A stretch of 64,000 nt of DNA from positions 19,344,001 through 19,408,000 of the forward strand of contig OZ024743.1 of assembly GCA_964016885.1 (NCBI GenBank), given 5' to 3'. This document shows, piece after piece, positions 41,312-53,155 of the stretch. The first letter of the stretch is position 1, and every line of letters starts with the position of its first letter. Under the pieces are notes generated by a model that did not search any database, was not told the DNA's origin, and saw only the letters and a program-made list of their open reading frames with translations. The DNA comes from Eledone cirrhosa (taxonomy: Eukaryota). A program made the translations under genes and the position numbers.

Positions 41312-41377
41312 AAGTTAGATAGATAGATAGATAGATACATACATAGATAGGTACATACAGAGATAGATAAAGATAGA
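41215..41377. repeat. (GATA)n spacer
   Basis: Direct reading. Confidence 0.95.
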
Positions 41378-41592
41378 TTTCTTTATTTACCATAAAGGCA
41401 TAAAAAGAAGGGACAAATACAAAGGGGGAGTTTACATATAATCGAGTAAAAAGGGTGTAACATGAAAATAATCGAAAATAACCTCAAAATGGAGGGGACG
41501 TGATGGGGGTTGCACACACCCCCGAAAAAGTGTGCAATCCTTTGCCCGGGGAGCACATGGAGAAGGTGCTCCCCTCTCCTTTACTTCTTTAC

Positions 41593-44500
41593 CTACAGGA
41601 TGGTATACAGAGAAGGCCCATTTACACGAGCCATTCTCGCCACTATCACCCACCTTTCATAAAACTGCCTGTGGCCAAGCACCTCTCTCTCCATTCGTAT
41701 CCTTCTTCCGAAGTGATATCGGAAGAAGTAGACCAGACTATGGCCAGAGAGGAAGTTGCCTGACCTCAGACCTTTCAATCGTGTCCACCAAACAACCTCT
41801 TTCAACATGGCTATTACGCACAGAAAAACCGCCTTTGCTTCCTTTGTGAAGAGGGGGGGGGGGGGGGGGCGGTTTGATTGTCATCACGGACTCGGCGGTC
41901 AATTTAATCGGCGCCACCCGCGACAGCAGTCGTTCGGCGTAGCCCCACAGATCAGCCACGCCCGGACATTGCACCAATGCGTGCGCAACGGTTTCTTCGT
42001 GACGCACGCATCTAGGGCAAATCTTTTTTTGAGGGATCCCTGCCCGGGCGCCCGTGTCTGTAGAGCCTCTCTCGAACGGGTAGAGCCCCCCGGTAGCACT
42101 GCCAGGCCAGTTACTTCTGGAAGTTGTCCATTGGTCCTAGGCCGAAAGTCCTACCGAACAGGCTGGCCAGTTCGTCTTCTTCCATGTCCAGCGACTCTCC
42201 AAGGGTGTCATCGCTCCTGCTAGCCACCAGCCCTCTATAGAATGATGAGGTGGATTCTCCACCGATGGCCTGGTCCGCTTGCCAGAGAGCCCTGAGCGCC
42301 CGAGCACACTCAGTGTGCCAGTCTCCCAGTTTTCCGGATCTTTGCTTGACCCAGGACTGTAGCTCGGTGAGCGAGACGAGTCTCGGAAAGGCTCGTTTCA
42401 CGAACGGAGCCCACACCGGTTGACCAGTGAGGAATACATGTAGGTGCCGTAGCCTTAATGCGTGCCTACGCATCATCAACCACAGCATCCCCAGCCCTCC
42501 TTTCGAAGGTTGTTGGCAGCAGATGGATCTTCTCACCATAGGAGGACGCTTCTTCCAAAGAAATTGGAAGAGCATGCGTTCCATGGTGGTGAGTGTTTCC
42601 TTAGGGCAAGGCACGACAGTCAGGCGGTAGTAAGTGACGGACGCTATGTAAATGTTCGCCACCTCCGCCCGGCCTTTTAGGGACAGCTTACACTTGGCCC
42701 ATTTCTGGGTTAGTGCAAACACCTTGTTCGTAACCTCGTTCCAGTTCTTTTCCACCTGGAGGTCCGGTCCAAACCAGACCCCAAGCAACTTTACCGGGCC
42801 CTCCGTCCAGTGTCCGACGACACCGTCAGGAGGCATCGGTCTGCCTCTCCACGTTCCGAGTTGCAGCCCGATGGATTTTTCCCGGTTCAGTTTCGCTCCT
42901 GACAACCTTTCGTACTCCTCCAGTAAGGTACCGATCGCCTCGATCTCCGAGTCGGTTGATACCATTACTGTTACGTCATCGGCGTAGGCCGACACCGCTT
43001 TGCTCAATCCTGGTTCCAGGGGGATACCCTGCAACAACTCCAACTTCCTCAGTAAAGGCTCGAGAGTCAATACGTACAGAAGGGAGGAGAGAGGGCACCC
43101 CTGTCGAATGGATCGTGTGATTTCGAACGGCTTCGAAAGGTAGCCGTTCACCTTGATCCTAGAACAGATGTGGTTGCTATGTAGGGAAGTGATCCAGCCT
43201 CTGAAAACAGGACCGAACCCAGCCGCCGCTAGCACCGCATCCAGGTAACCATGGTCGACCCTATCGAAGGCCTTAGACTGATCCAAGTTGATCAGGGCCC
43301 CACCGAAGCCGGGTTTGTTGCCAACCCTCTCTATGATGTATCGCATGAGGTGGAGGTTATCGTGAATGGACCTGGATGGGATAGCACATGTCTACGCATC
43401 TCCCACCAGGCCACCCACGACAAGCGCCAACCTCTTTGCTAACACCTTGGCCAAAATCTTTAACTCTGTGTTTAGCAGGGTTATGGGCCGAAAATTATTT
43501 ATACTATCCCCCTTGTTCTCGTCCTTCCTCACCAGCGTGACTACGCCCTTGGCTACAGAACAAGGAATTCTCCCGTTCTGCTGCCAATTGCAGTAGACCG
43601 CTTCGAGGAGTTCGGAGAAGAAGACTGGCATTGTTAAATAAAGTTCGTAAGGTATACCATCGAGACCTGGAGATTTGCGTCTGCTGCATTGGCTCAGCGC
43701 ATCTCCGATCTCATCAGCCGAGATTGGTCCCTCGCAGGACTCTGCCTCTTCGTTCGAGAGACGCGGCAGGCCGTCGAGGTATGGACCGAAATCCACGCCC
43801 CCGCCCGGACCCTCGCCCCCCCCCCGAACAATCGGGCAAAGTGCCTTTGAAAGGCCTCGCACATCTGCTTAGGCTCCCGGATCACCCGTCCATCTTCGTC
43901 TTGCAACGACCGGATGGTGGATCGATTTCCACTCTTAGCTTCTGTCACGCGGGCCCATCCAACGCCTTTGGCCTCCTCATTACCTAGAGCACGTATTTTA
44001 CTTCGAATGACTCAGCCTTCGTGCTTTGCATCGAAAAACTGGTTCAAGGCCGTCCTCGATGCCAGCACTCTGGCCACATCTTCGCTCTTGATTGACTCTC
44101 CTAATTTACCTGTTAATTCTTTCTCGTTTCTATTCCTATCGGCAGCTAACATCTTGCTATAACTTATTGATTCTGTTCTAATTTCTCTTTTGAGAGATGC
44201 CCACCATCGGTTGTTGACGATTGCACCCGTCAACCTCTCCTTAACTAATCTGCTAATCCGGTTTCTGTAAGTCTCTTTTGCCGGTAAAGACAAATTAAGT
44301 TTCCAGTAACCGGGACCCTGTCTATGTGTTTTCTCGAGATTGACCACGCAGGTCACTAATTTGTGATCCGTGTAGCCAAACGTGCGCATTTCTGGACAGC
44401 TTAATATGTCCCTATCCTTACTTCTAACTAAGAATCTATCTAAGTACGATCTAGATTGACCACTGTGGTTTCTCCAAGTCCAGGTAGGCACAGTTGGAAA

Positions 44501-45044
44501 ATCTAGTCGATATCTATCGACCAAGTTAAAACGGTCGAGTAACCCCTTGAGGCTGTTACACCCCCCCTCTATTAGGACATGCTCCTGCATAGTCCCAACG
44601 TGCATCCAGGATGTCATTCCAATCCCCCGCTAGAAGCAGGGAACGCGACGTTCCCAGAAAAGTCTCCAAACGCTGGAAGAAGTCGGGCCGTTCAGCTCCG
44701 AAAGGGGAGTAGACGGCGACCAGTCTCAAGGCCGCACTTTCACTACTGCCAACGTCTAGCACCAACAAACGACCCTCCGGGTCGGAGTGCACAACCTGTA
44801 CGGCAAGACCCAGGTGTTTTTGCAGCAGTACGACAACCCCACCCCCACCTCCAGGTTGACAGAGAGATGCATGCACCTCAAAGTCATCGAAGGTGGGGGC
44901 CAGCTGCCGCACGACGCTGATTCGAGTCTCACAGATAACCATTACATTTATACTACATGACCTGAGGTCATTTAGAAGCTTTGCTTGCTTCCAAGTTGAG
45001 CCCAGGCCACGTGCATTCAAACATCCTACTCTTAACACATCCAT
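41593..45044 (-). pseudogene. Copy D ORF2 (APE-RT-CCHC), disrupted
   Basis: LAGDWN, YTDH, RQGCPLS, AYADDV; several stops and frameshifts. Confidence 0.93.
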
Positions 45045-47009
45045 GTGGGCGGCAGAGCCAAAGGAGAGTGTAGAGACCTACCTTTCCGCTTCCCGGGTTC
45101 GGGTTGCACGACTTCCATGGGGTCGGGGGTGTTGGGTGAAGGGGTGTCTTGTGGTGGTGTGGGGTCGTCAGTGTGTGGTGGGGTTGGGGTGTTTGGAGTT
45201 GTGTTGGGGAGGGGAAGGGGAGGGGGAAATCTTTTTAGTAGGACGCGGTTTATGGGTTTGACAGAGGGTGGTCCTACGTCCTCCTTAAAATCCTTTTTTA
45301 GTTTTTGGTAGAGGTTCATTGGGATCTTTATTAATTTTAAATGTGGGTAGTTTTCTAACGAAACAAAGTTTACACCTTCGGTTTGTACCGAAGGATTATT
45401 GTTTATGAGTTCATTTAATTTATTATCGTTTCTGTTGATGTAAGTATAGTGTAATGTCTTTTTTTCGGATGGTGTGTGTGTTTCGAAGAGGGGAGGGGCA
45501 GGTTTGGTTTTGTTTGTTGCTGGAGGGGTGTTTTCTGATTTGTTGGATTGTGTTGATATTTGGGTGGGGGTTGTTTGGCGTTGTGTGTTTTGCACATGTT
45601 TTCTTTTTTTCCTTTTAATCTGTCTGAAGGACTCCGTTTCTTCCTCCGAATTCGTTGGGTTATCTTCAGTGTTGGAGGGAAGAGGTATGTTTGCTGGTAA
45701 TGTTTCCGTGTTTGTTTTCTTTGTGGGGGAGATGGATGTCACTATGTTAGACTGTGTTGTGTGTTGTGTCTGCGGTGGTTGTGTTGTTTTATTGAGTGAG
45801 AGGTTGGGTGGGCCTGTATTTTGTTTTGGGGTAATGTGTTGTGACTGTTTGTGTTGTGACTGTTTGTGTTGTGGTGGTGTTGTGGATTTACTGAGGGACG
45901 GGTTGGGTGGGACTGAGTTTTGTTGTTTGTTTATCTGTTGTGGTTGTGGTGGTGGTGGTGGAGCTGGTGTTGGTAGCAGGGTTTTCTTTTTGTTGAGTTG
46001 GGGACAAGCGGCCTTCAGGTGCCCTCTGCCTGCACAGATATGGCAGGACGGCCTTCTCCCCTCCACGCTAATGTTTATATACCCGTGGTCCTCTAATAGG
46101 ATTCTGTCGGGTATTTGGGCGATGCGTTCAGGCTTCATTTGTACTACCAGCTCTATACCTGTTCCACTGAACGCATTGCCTGTGGTTTTCCCAATGGAAA
46201 TCACGTTGTCATTCACTGGATCGATGAAGCCAGCTATGAGCCAGCAGTAGTCCACATCTGGCATCATTGCATCCAGCCATATGCGTTGAGTTCTTTTCCC
46301 CATATAAGATGGATAAAAGGTGAAATTTTTCGAACGAATCGGTGACAAAGCACATTTTTTTGCCGCCGATTCGTTCTTCATGATAATTGCTAGGCTTCCA
46401 TACAGTCTGTCTTTTCTTATGAAAGTGGTTTCATTAAGTACTTCTGTGAGTACTGTTTTGATATCTGCTTGAGAAGGCTGTTCAGGTTTTTTTGTACTGT
46501 TGTTGATGGTCCGAAACTTGACCGTTCGGCTTTCAATGTCTTTCGTGAATTCTTGAGGCATTTTTACCGATAAAATACCATTCTCTCCTTCACTTATGTA
46601 TTGTTTGGCGTCCCTGATCCTTCGTACCACATCTGAAATGTTTTCCGCTATATAAGTCAAAGATTTCTTTGTTTTCTGTGCAAATGAAATCTTGTCGTCT
46701 GCTTTGTTTTCTGATATGGTGTTATTTTCAAATGTTATTTTTGTCTTTGTTGTGTCTTTGTTTGTGTTATTAGTATTGTCATGCAATTTTTCAAATTTTT
46801 TTTTTTTTCGTTGTTGGAATTCAAGTCCAGATTTGTGTTTTCGTCATTTTTTTTTTTTCTCCGCAGATTCGTCTGTTTTTATTTTAATTTTTCCTTCCTT
46901 CTCTATGACGTTAGTTGGGAAGGAAGGGGGGGGACTAAAGCGTGCGAGCTTACAACTCTTACCGCTGTCCCCCCCCACCACCACTATTTTCGTTCGCTGC
47001 GTTTAACAT
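45032..47009 (-). pseudogene. Copy D ORF1 (584 aa open from 46786; probable ATG at 47009, frame broken near the 5' end)
   Basis: GRRPSCHICAGRGHLKAACP, P/Q/T-rich linker, KPINRVLLK; overlaps the ORF2 start by 13 nt. Confidence 0.88.
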
Positions 47010-47242
47010 TTCTGTTAGACGATTGAAATTTTTTACACAAAATTTTTTAAAACAGGTTTTTCACATCTAGGAGGGGTAAAGATGAGCTGACCCACCGCCT
47101 GACAGTTCAGACGGAGGGTCAAGCTACACAATTGTATCAAAATTAAGTTTGAACTCACAAAATTTCCTCAATAAATTTGAACAAAACTTCTGTGCGAAGT
47201 GAATGACATCCACACTGTAGAACAGACGACAGCTAGATTGAC

Positions 47243-47315
47243 AGAGATAGATAAAGATAGATTGATAGAGAGATAGATAGATAAATAGATAGATAGATGG
47301 TTGGATATATAGATA
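47243..47315. repeat. Degenerate (GATA)n spacer
   Basis: Direct reading. Confidence 0.9.
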
Positions 47316-47688
47316 TGTTTCTTTATTAGCCACAGGGGCACAAAAGAAGGGGACATATACAAGGGGAAGTTTACATACAATAAAAACGTGTAAAATGTTA
47401 TCACAAATACAATTTAAAAAGTTAGTCGATTTTCCCCAATAGGGGGAGACAGTTCATATGGGTAACACATGCCCCCGAACAAATGTGCAACCCTCAACTC
47501 CAGGAATACGAAGAGTTTGTACTCCTTTCCTCTTCTCCTCCTTTCCTCAACCTACAGGCTGATATAGAGAGAAGGCCTATTCACTCGGGCCATTCTCGCC
47601 ACTTTCACCCACCTTTCATAAAACTTGCTGGGGTGCAGCACCTCTCTCTCCATCCGGATTCTTCTTCCAAAGTGGTATTTGAAAAAAA
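47316..47688 (-). mobile_element. Tx1 copy H1, 5'-truncated
   Basis: ORF2 end KYHFGRRIRMERE..SLYISL plus a 3'UTR closely matching copy F; short GATA tract at 47689-47707. Confidence 0.92.
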
Positions 47689-47707
47689 AGATAGATAGAT
47701 AGGTAGG

Positions 47708-48222
47708 TTTCTTTATTTGCCACAGGGGCGTACAAAAATGGGACATTACAAGACGTGACGGCGGGGGTTTTACATAAAATGTTTAACATTGATGAATAAC
47801 AATAAACTATATATGAAATAAAACAATCGAAATCTCCATTAGGGGGGACGTTACTGCGGCGTTGTTTTACACCCCGTGGATAGAACAACCCTCAACACCA
47901 GGAACACGCGTTTTAGGTGTTCCCGTCTTCACTCTGTTTATCTTCCTCAACCTATAGGTTTATATACAGAGAAGGCCCATTCACTCGGGCCATTTTCGCA
48001 ACATTCACCCACCTTTCAGCGAATTTACTGGGGTGTAGCACCTCTGTCTCCACTCTCACCTTCCTTCTGAAGTGGTACTGAAGGGGATGGCTTCTTGTGA
48101 GGAGAGAAAGGTGTTTGCCCTCAGTCCTTTTAACCTTGTCCACCATATTACCTCTTTCGTCATAGCCACCAGACAGAGGAAAACCGCGTCTCCTTCATTC
48201 TTAAATGAAGGCGGCGGATGAT
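47708..48222 (-). mobile_element. Tx1 copy H2, 5'-truncated
   Basis: ORF2 end plus a 3'UTR closely matching copy E; GATA tract at 48223-48253. Confidence 0.92.
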
Positions 48223-48464
48223 CGATAAATAGATAGATAGATAGATAGATATATTTCTTTATTTGCCACAGGCACGTACACAATTGGGACATTACAAGAC
48301 GTGACGGCGGGGATTTTACATAAAATCTTTAACAATGATAAATAACAATAAACTATATAAATATAAAACAATCGAAATCCCCATTAGGGGCGTGGGTGTA
48401 ACATACTGCCGGGTTGTTCTACACGCCATGGAATGAACAACCCTCAACTCGAGGAACACGTTTT

Positions 48465-50745
48465 GTTGGTCTCCGCTGATTGCCGTTTCCAGGCGCCCAT
48501 TTTCGGTCTTGACTTGACCTAGGACTGCAGCTCTGTTAGTGAGACGAGTTGTGGAAGAGCTCGTCTCACAAATGACAGCCACACCGGTTCGCCTTTCAGG
48601 AATACCTGGAGATGGCGTAGCTTCAGCGCGTGTTTGCGCATCATCAGCAACGGCATGCCCAGCCCTCCGTTAGAAGAGTGTTGACAGCAGATGGATCTCC
48701 TCACCAATGGAGCCTGTTTCTTCCAGAGGAACTTGAAGAGTAAGCGTTCCGTGAGGTATTCGCGGAGACAAGGCATGACTGTTAAGCGGTAGTAGATGAC
48801 TGACGCTATGTAAGTATTCGCCATCTCCGCTCGATTTATCAAGGAGAGTTTGCACTCAGCCCATTTCTGGGTGAGTGCAACACCTTCGCCGTGATCTCGT
48901 TCCAGTTCTTGTCCACCTGCAGGTCTGGACAAAACCAGACCCAGAGCAATTTCACCGGTCCTTCCGTCCAGCGTCCAGCGAAACTGTCGGAAACGGGACC
49001 GAAGCCGGTCGCCTTGAGAACCGCTTCCAAATATTGATGATCGACCCTATCAAATGCCTTAGACTGATCTAAATTGAACAGAGCCCCACCGAAACCATGT
49101 TTACACCCTACCCTCTCTATGATGTATCGCATGAGGTGGAGGTTGTCCTGTATGAACCTGGTCGGGATTGCACACGTTTGCGCTGCCCATACTAAATTCT
49201 CGACGACAAGTGCCAACCTCGCTACTAACACCTTGTCCAAAATGTCTAAATCTGTGTTGAACAGAGTTATGGGCCTGAAATTGCTTATCTCATCCCCCTT
49301 GTTCTCATCTTTCCTGATCAGCGTCACTACGCCTCTGCCCACAGAACTGGGAATCCTACCGTTCTGCTGCCAGTTGCAGTAGACGGCTTCGAGGACGCCA
49401 GAGAACAAGTCTGACATGCCTATGTAAAACTCATAGGGTAGACCATCTAAACCGGGTGATTTTCGTTTCCAGCAGCAGCCTATTGCATCTTCTATGTCGC
49501 CCGCTGTCATCGGCCTTTCGCAGATCTCTGCATCCGTGCTCGAGAGTCGGGGTAGGAACTGAAGTCCAACACCTCACTTGACGTACCCCATTGCACGAAC
49601 ATTTGTGCAAAATGTTGCTGGAAGGCCATGCACATCTGTTTGGATTCAAGTAGAATGCGTCCATCTTTGTCTTGCAAAGACCGAATAGTGGATTTGTTGC
49701 CTCTTTTCGCCTCTGCCACTCGGGCCCAGCTAACAGCTTTGGCTCCCTCGTTTCTTAGAGCACGTGTTCTACTTCTGACAATGCAACCTTTGTGTTCACG
49801 TTGAAGAACTGGTCTAGTGCCGTTTTCGCCGCCAGCACGTCAGCTGTACTGCCATTCCTAAATGCCTCTTCTAATTTAGCTACCAGTTCCTTTTCGGTTT
49901 TGTTTTTTTCTAAAGCTACTTCCTTGCTAAATGCTATCGATTATATTCTAATTGCTCTCTTGAGAGAGTTCCACCACCTGTTGTTGACGATCGCCCCCGT
50001 CAAGTGGCACTTAACTAAGGTGATAATCCGTTTACTGTAGGCCTTACGCGCCGGAAGTGACATGTTTAGCTTCCAGTATCCGAGTCCCTGTCTGTGTTCT
50101 ATCAGGGTTGACTACGCAGGTGACTAATTTGTGGTCTGAATAGGCAACCATGTGCATTTGTGAACAGTTTAATGCTTCCTTAAATACGATCTAGACCCCA
50201 GTGCGGTTGCTCCACGGCCATAGTTGTACACTTGGGAAGTCTAGTCGATTTCTATCAGCCAGTTGGAATTGGCTGATGAGATTTTTTAGGCTATTACACC
50301 CCACTCTATTATCACAAGCTCCTACATAGTCCCAACGTGCATCTAAGATGCAATTCCAGTCCCCCGCTAACACTAAGGAGTGAGACGTTCCCAGGAATGG
50401 CTCCAGACGGATATCCCAGTCGTGGCATATACGGCCACCAGTCTGAAAGCACCACCTTCGCTACCATTCACGTCCAGGACCACCAAGCTGCCCTCCGTGT
50501 CCAAGTGAATCACCTGTGCTTTGAGATCCAAGTTTTTTCGAAACAGAACAGCAACTCCCCTTCCCCATCCTGGCCTACAGGGAGATGCGTAGATCTCAAA
50601 GTCATCGGACATGGGGGTTAGCTGCTGCTTGTCGTGAATCCTGGACTCGGTGATGGCTATCACATCTGTACAATGTGACCTGAGACCATTTAAAAGCTGG
50701 CCCTGTTTCAGGGCATGCCCCGGCCAGGTACTATCAGACACCCAA
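48465..50745 (-). pseudogene. Copy E ORF2 remnants
   Basis: LAGDWN, KSPGLDGLPYE, LDQSKAFDRVDH fragments. Confidence 0.88.
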
Positions 50746-50789
50746 CTTGGTGAAGAAGAGTTAGGGAGAGAAAAGGCAGAAACACTTAC

Positions 50790-52647
50790 AGTTTCGTTTC
50801 CTAGAGGTCGGGTTGTTCGATCTCCATGTCCAGATTGGGGGTGTTTGGGGAGGTAGAAAATCCTTATAGCAGGACACGGTTAAAAGGTTTTTGGCAAGGG
50901 GGGACCACATCATGTGGGAAGGTACCTTTCAATGTTTCATGTTGTAGGATGGATACCCTGATTAGTTTGAGGTTTGGGGGTGCGTCGTTGGTGGGGAAGG
51001 TTTTCCCTTCCGTTAGGATAGTAGAGTCCTTTCGGAAAGTTTCTAGTACTTTGTTTGTTGTTTTTATGCAAGTGTAATGTGTTTTGTTTTTTCTGTGTGC
51101 TGTTTCTGTTTGTAGTTTTCTTTTTGTGGTTGGGGTTTGTGATTGTGGTGGTGTGGGTGTTTGTTTTGTTGGTGAAGTGTTTGGTTGTGTTGGTGGTGAT
51201 TGTGTTGTTGGTGTGTTTGTCGTTTGTGGCAGTGTGTTTATGGTCGGGTTGTGTGTGTGCGTGTTTTCTGTAGATGTTTTTGTTTTTGTGGTTTTTTTGT
51301 CTCTTTTTTGTTTTTTGGATTTTGGGGGTTCCTCTTCATTCTCACTTGGAGATGTAGAGGTTCCCGTGTCTGAGACTTCTGAATCAGGGGTAGATGGGAG
51401 GGGTATGTTGTGTGGTGGAATGGTTGTGACAGGGAGGGAGGAGACAATGGAGGGTATTTCAGTGGGATTTTTGTGTGTGTGGTTGTCTCTGGTCTGTGGT
51501 GGTGTGGGGGTAGATGTTGCAGGTTTCTGTGTTGTGATTTGTTTGGGGTGTTGATGTTGGTGTTTTGGTGTTGGTAATAACACCTTGTTTGTCCTCGGTT
51601 TATTTAGAGAGGGCAAAAGGCCTTTAAGTGTGTGGTTTTTCACACTTATAGCACCGAGGTCTTTCCCCTCCACTAAAATGGAGATGACTACTTCCTAAAG
51701 GACGATCCTGTCCGGGATTTTCTCAACTCTCTCTGGCCCCATTTGTACCAGAACCTCGATGCAGGTTCCAAACCAGTTATTTCGGTCTGTGCTGTCTACG
51801 GATAGGAGTGTGTCCTCATCCTTCTTCAGGATGCAGCGTAGGATCCACCATATGTTGACCTCTGTTGGGATCCTGGTTATTTTTATTTTGTAGGATCTTC
51901 TTCCCATTTATGTGGGGAAGAAGATGTGTTGATCCGTTATTTATTGGGTGAACCGAGTGATTTGAGCCAAAGTTTCGCTCTTAAAGAACACTGACACACT
52001 TCCATACTGTTTAGCTCTTTGGAGGTATGCCACGTCTGGCTTGATATCTTTTAGTGCAGCTTCAATAGTGCTTGTTAGAAGCGTTATGGGTTTTTTTGCT
52101 ATTGATGTGAACTGTTCTGTAGTGTAGTTTCTTTTTCTGTGTCATCTCTCTTACCTTTGGGGGTATGTGTATGTGTGGGGTGTCTCTCTCAAACGTCACA
52201 TAGTTGGAAGCTTCTTCCAAATATTGGGCCTTTTGGGAAATGTCCATGGGGTAATATTTAAAATCCTGTTGCTTAGCAACGGTTGCTGCAAATGAAATGT
52301 TGTTATTGTTGTCGTTGGTGGTGATGATGGTCCATTTCGTTGTGTTGCCGCTGATTCCTTTTGTTGTATTGTTGTTGTTCTCATTTATTGTGTTGTTGTT
52401 GCTTGTGGTGGTGTTAGTATTTGTTACACATTCTTCCTTCTGTGCGTGGATATATGTGACGTTTGTGACGTCATGCGTGTTCAGTTGCTTACAAGCAACT
52501 GAAGCTTGTTCCTCTTCTAAATCTTGAGGCGATAATGGTGGCATTCCTTTGTCCGTGTCTGCTACTATCTGCTAGTCAAGTAGCCATTGCTTTCCCTTCC
52601 CATCTTCTTGTATTGACAAAGAAGCCGGTGCCTTTGCTTCGGCCATT
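50790..52647 (-). pseudogene. Copy E ORF1, disrupted
   Basis: ISFAATV, MGRRSYKIKI..VNIWW, KPFNRVLL. Confidence 0.8.
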
Positions 52648-52858
52648 TTTTTAAAATTAAAGTGTTTTGCAAAACGTTTTCGAAAATATGTTGGATGTTT
52701 TTGCCCTGAGGGGCACGATATTTTGGCAGACTGACAGATCAAAATTTGACCTGTCAGTCCCTCTACAAATTGGTATAAAAATAAAAGTTCACAATGACGA
52801 ATTTCTAAAGAAATTTAAACATAATTACCGAGCAAGTTGAACACATGTGTCCATCCCT

Positions 52859-52916
52859 AGATAGATAGATAGATAGATAGATAGATGGAGAGATAGATAG
52901 ATATATATATAGATAT
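52859..52916. repeat. (GATA)n spacer
   Basis: Direct reading. Confidence 0.93.
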
Positions 52917-53155
52917 GTTTCTTTATTAGCCCCAGGGGCAGAAAAGAAGGGGACAAATACAAAGGGGGAAGTTTACATACAATAAAAACGTGTAAAATGT
53001 TATCACAAATGGAATTTAAAAAGTTAGTCGATTTTCCCAAATAGAGGGAGACAGTTTATATGGGTAACACATACCCCCGAAAAAAATGTGCAACCCTCAT
53101 CTCCAGGAGTACGAAGAGTTTGTACTCCTTTCCTCTCCTCCTCCTTTTCCTCAAC

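Larger units (their letters stand above)
41378..47235 (-). mobile_element. Tx1 copy D (both ends present)
   Basis: Same architecture; longest open ORF1 piece. Confidence 0.94.
48254..52858 (-). mobile_element. Tx1 copy E (both ends present, internally deleted)
   Basis: 5'UTR and 3'UTR present; ORF2 lacks the QG/YADD region (junction near 48990) and the CCHC C-terminus (junction near 48465). Confidence 0.92.
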
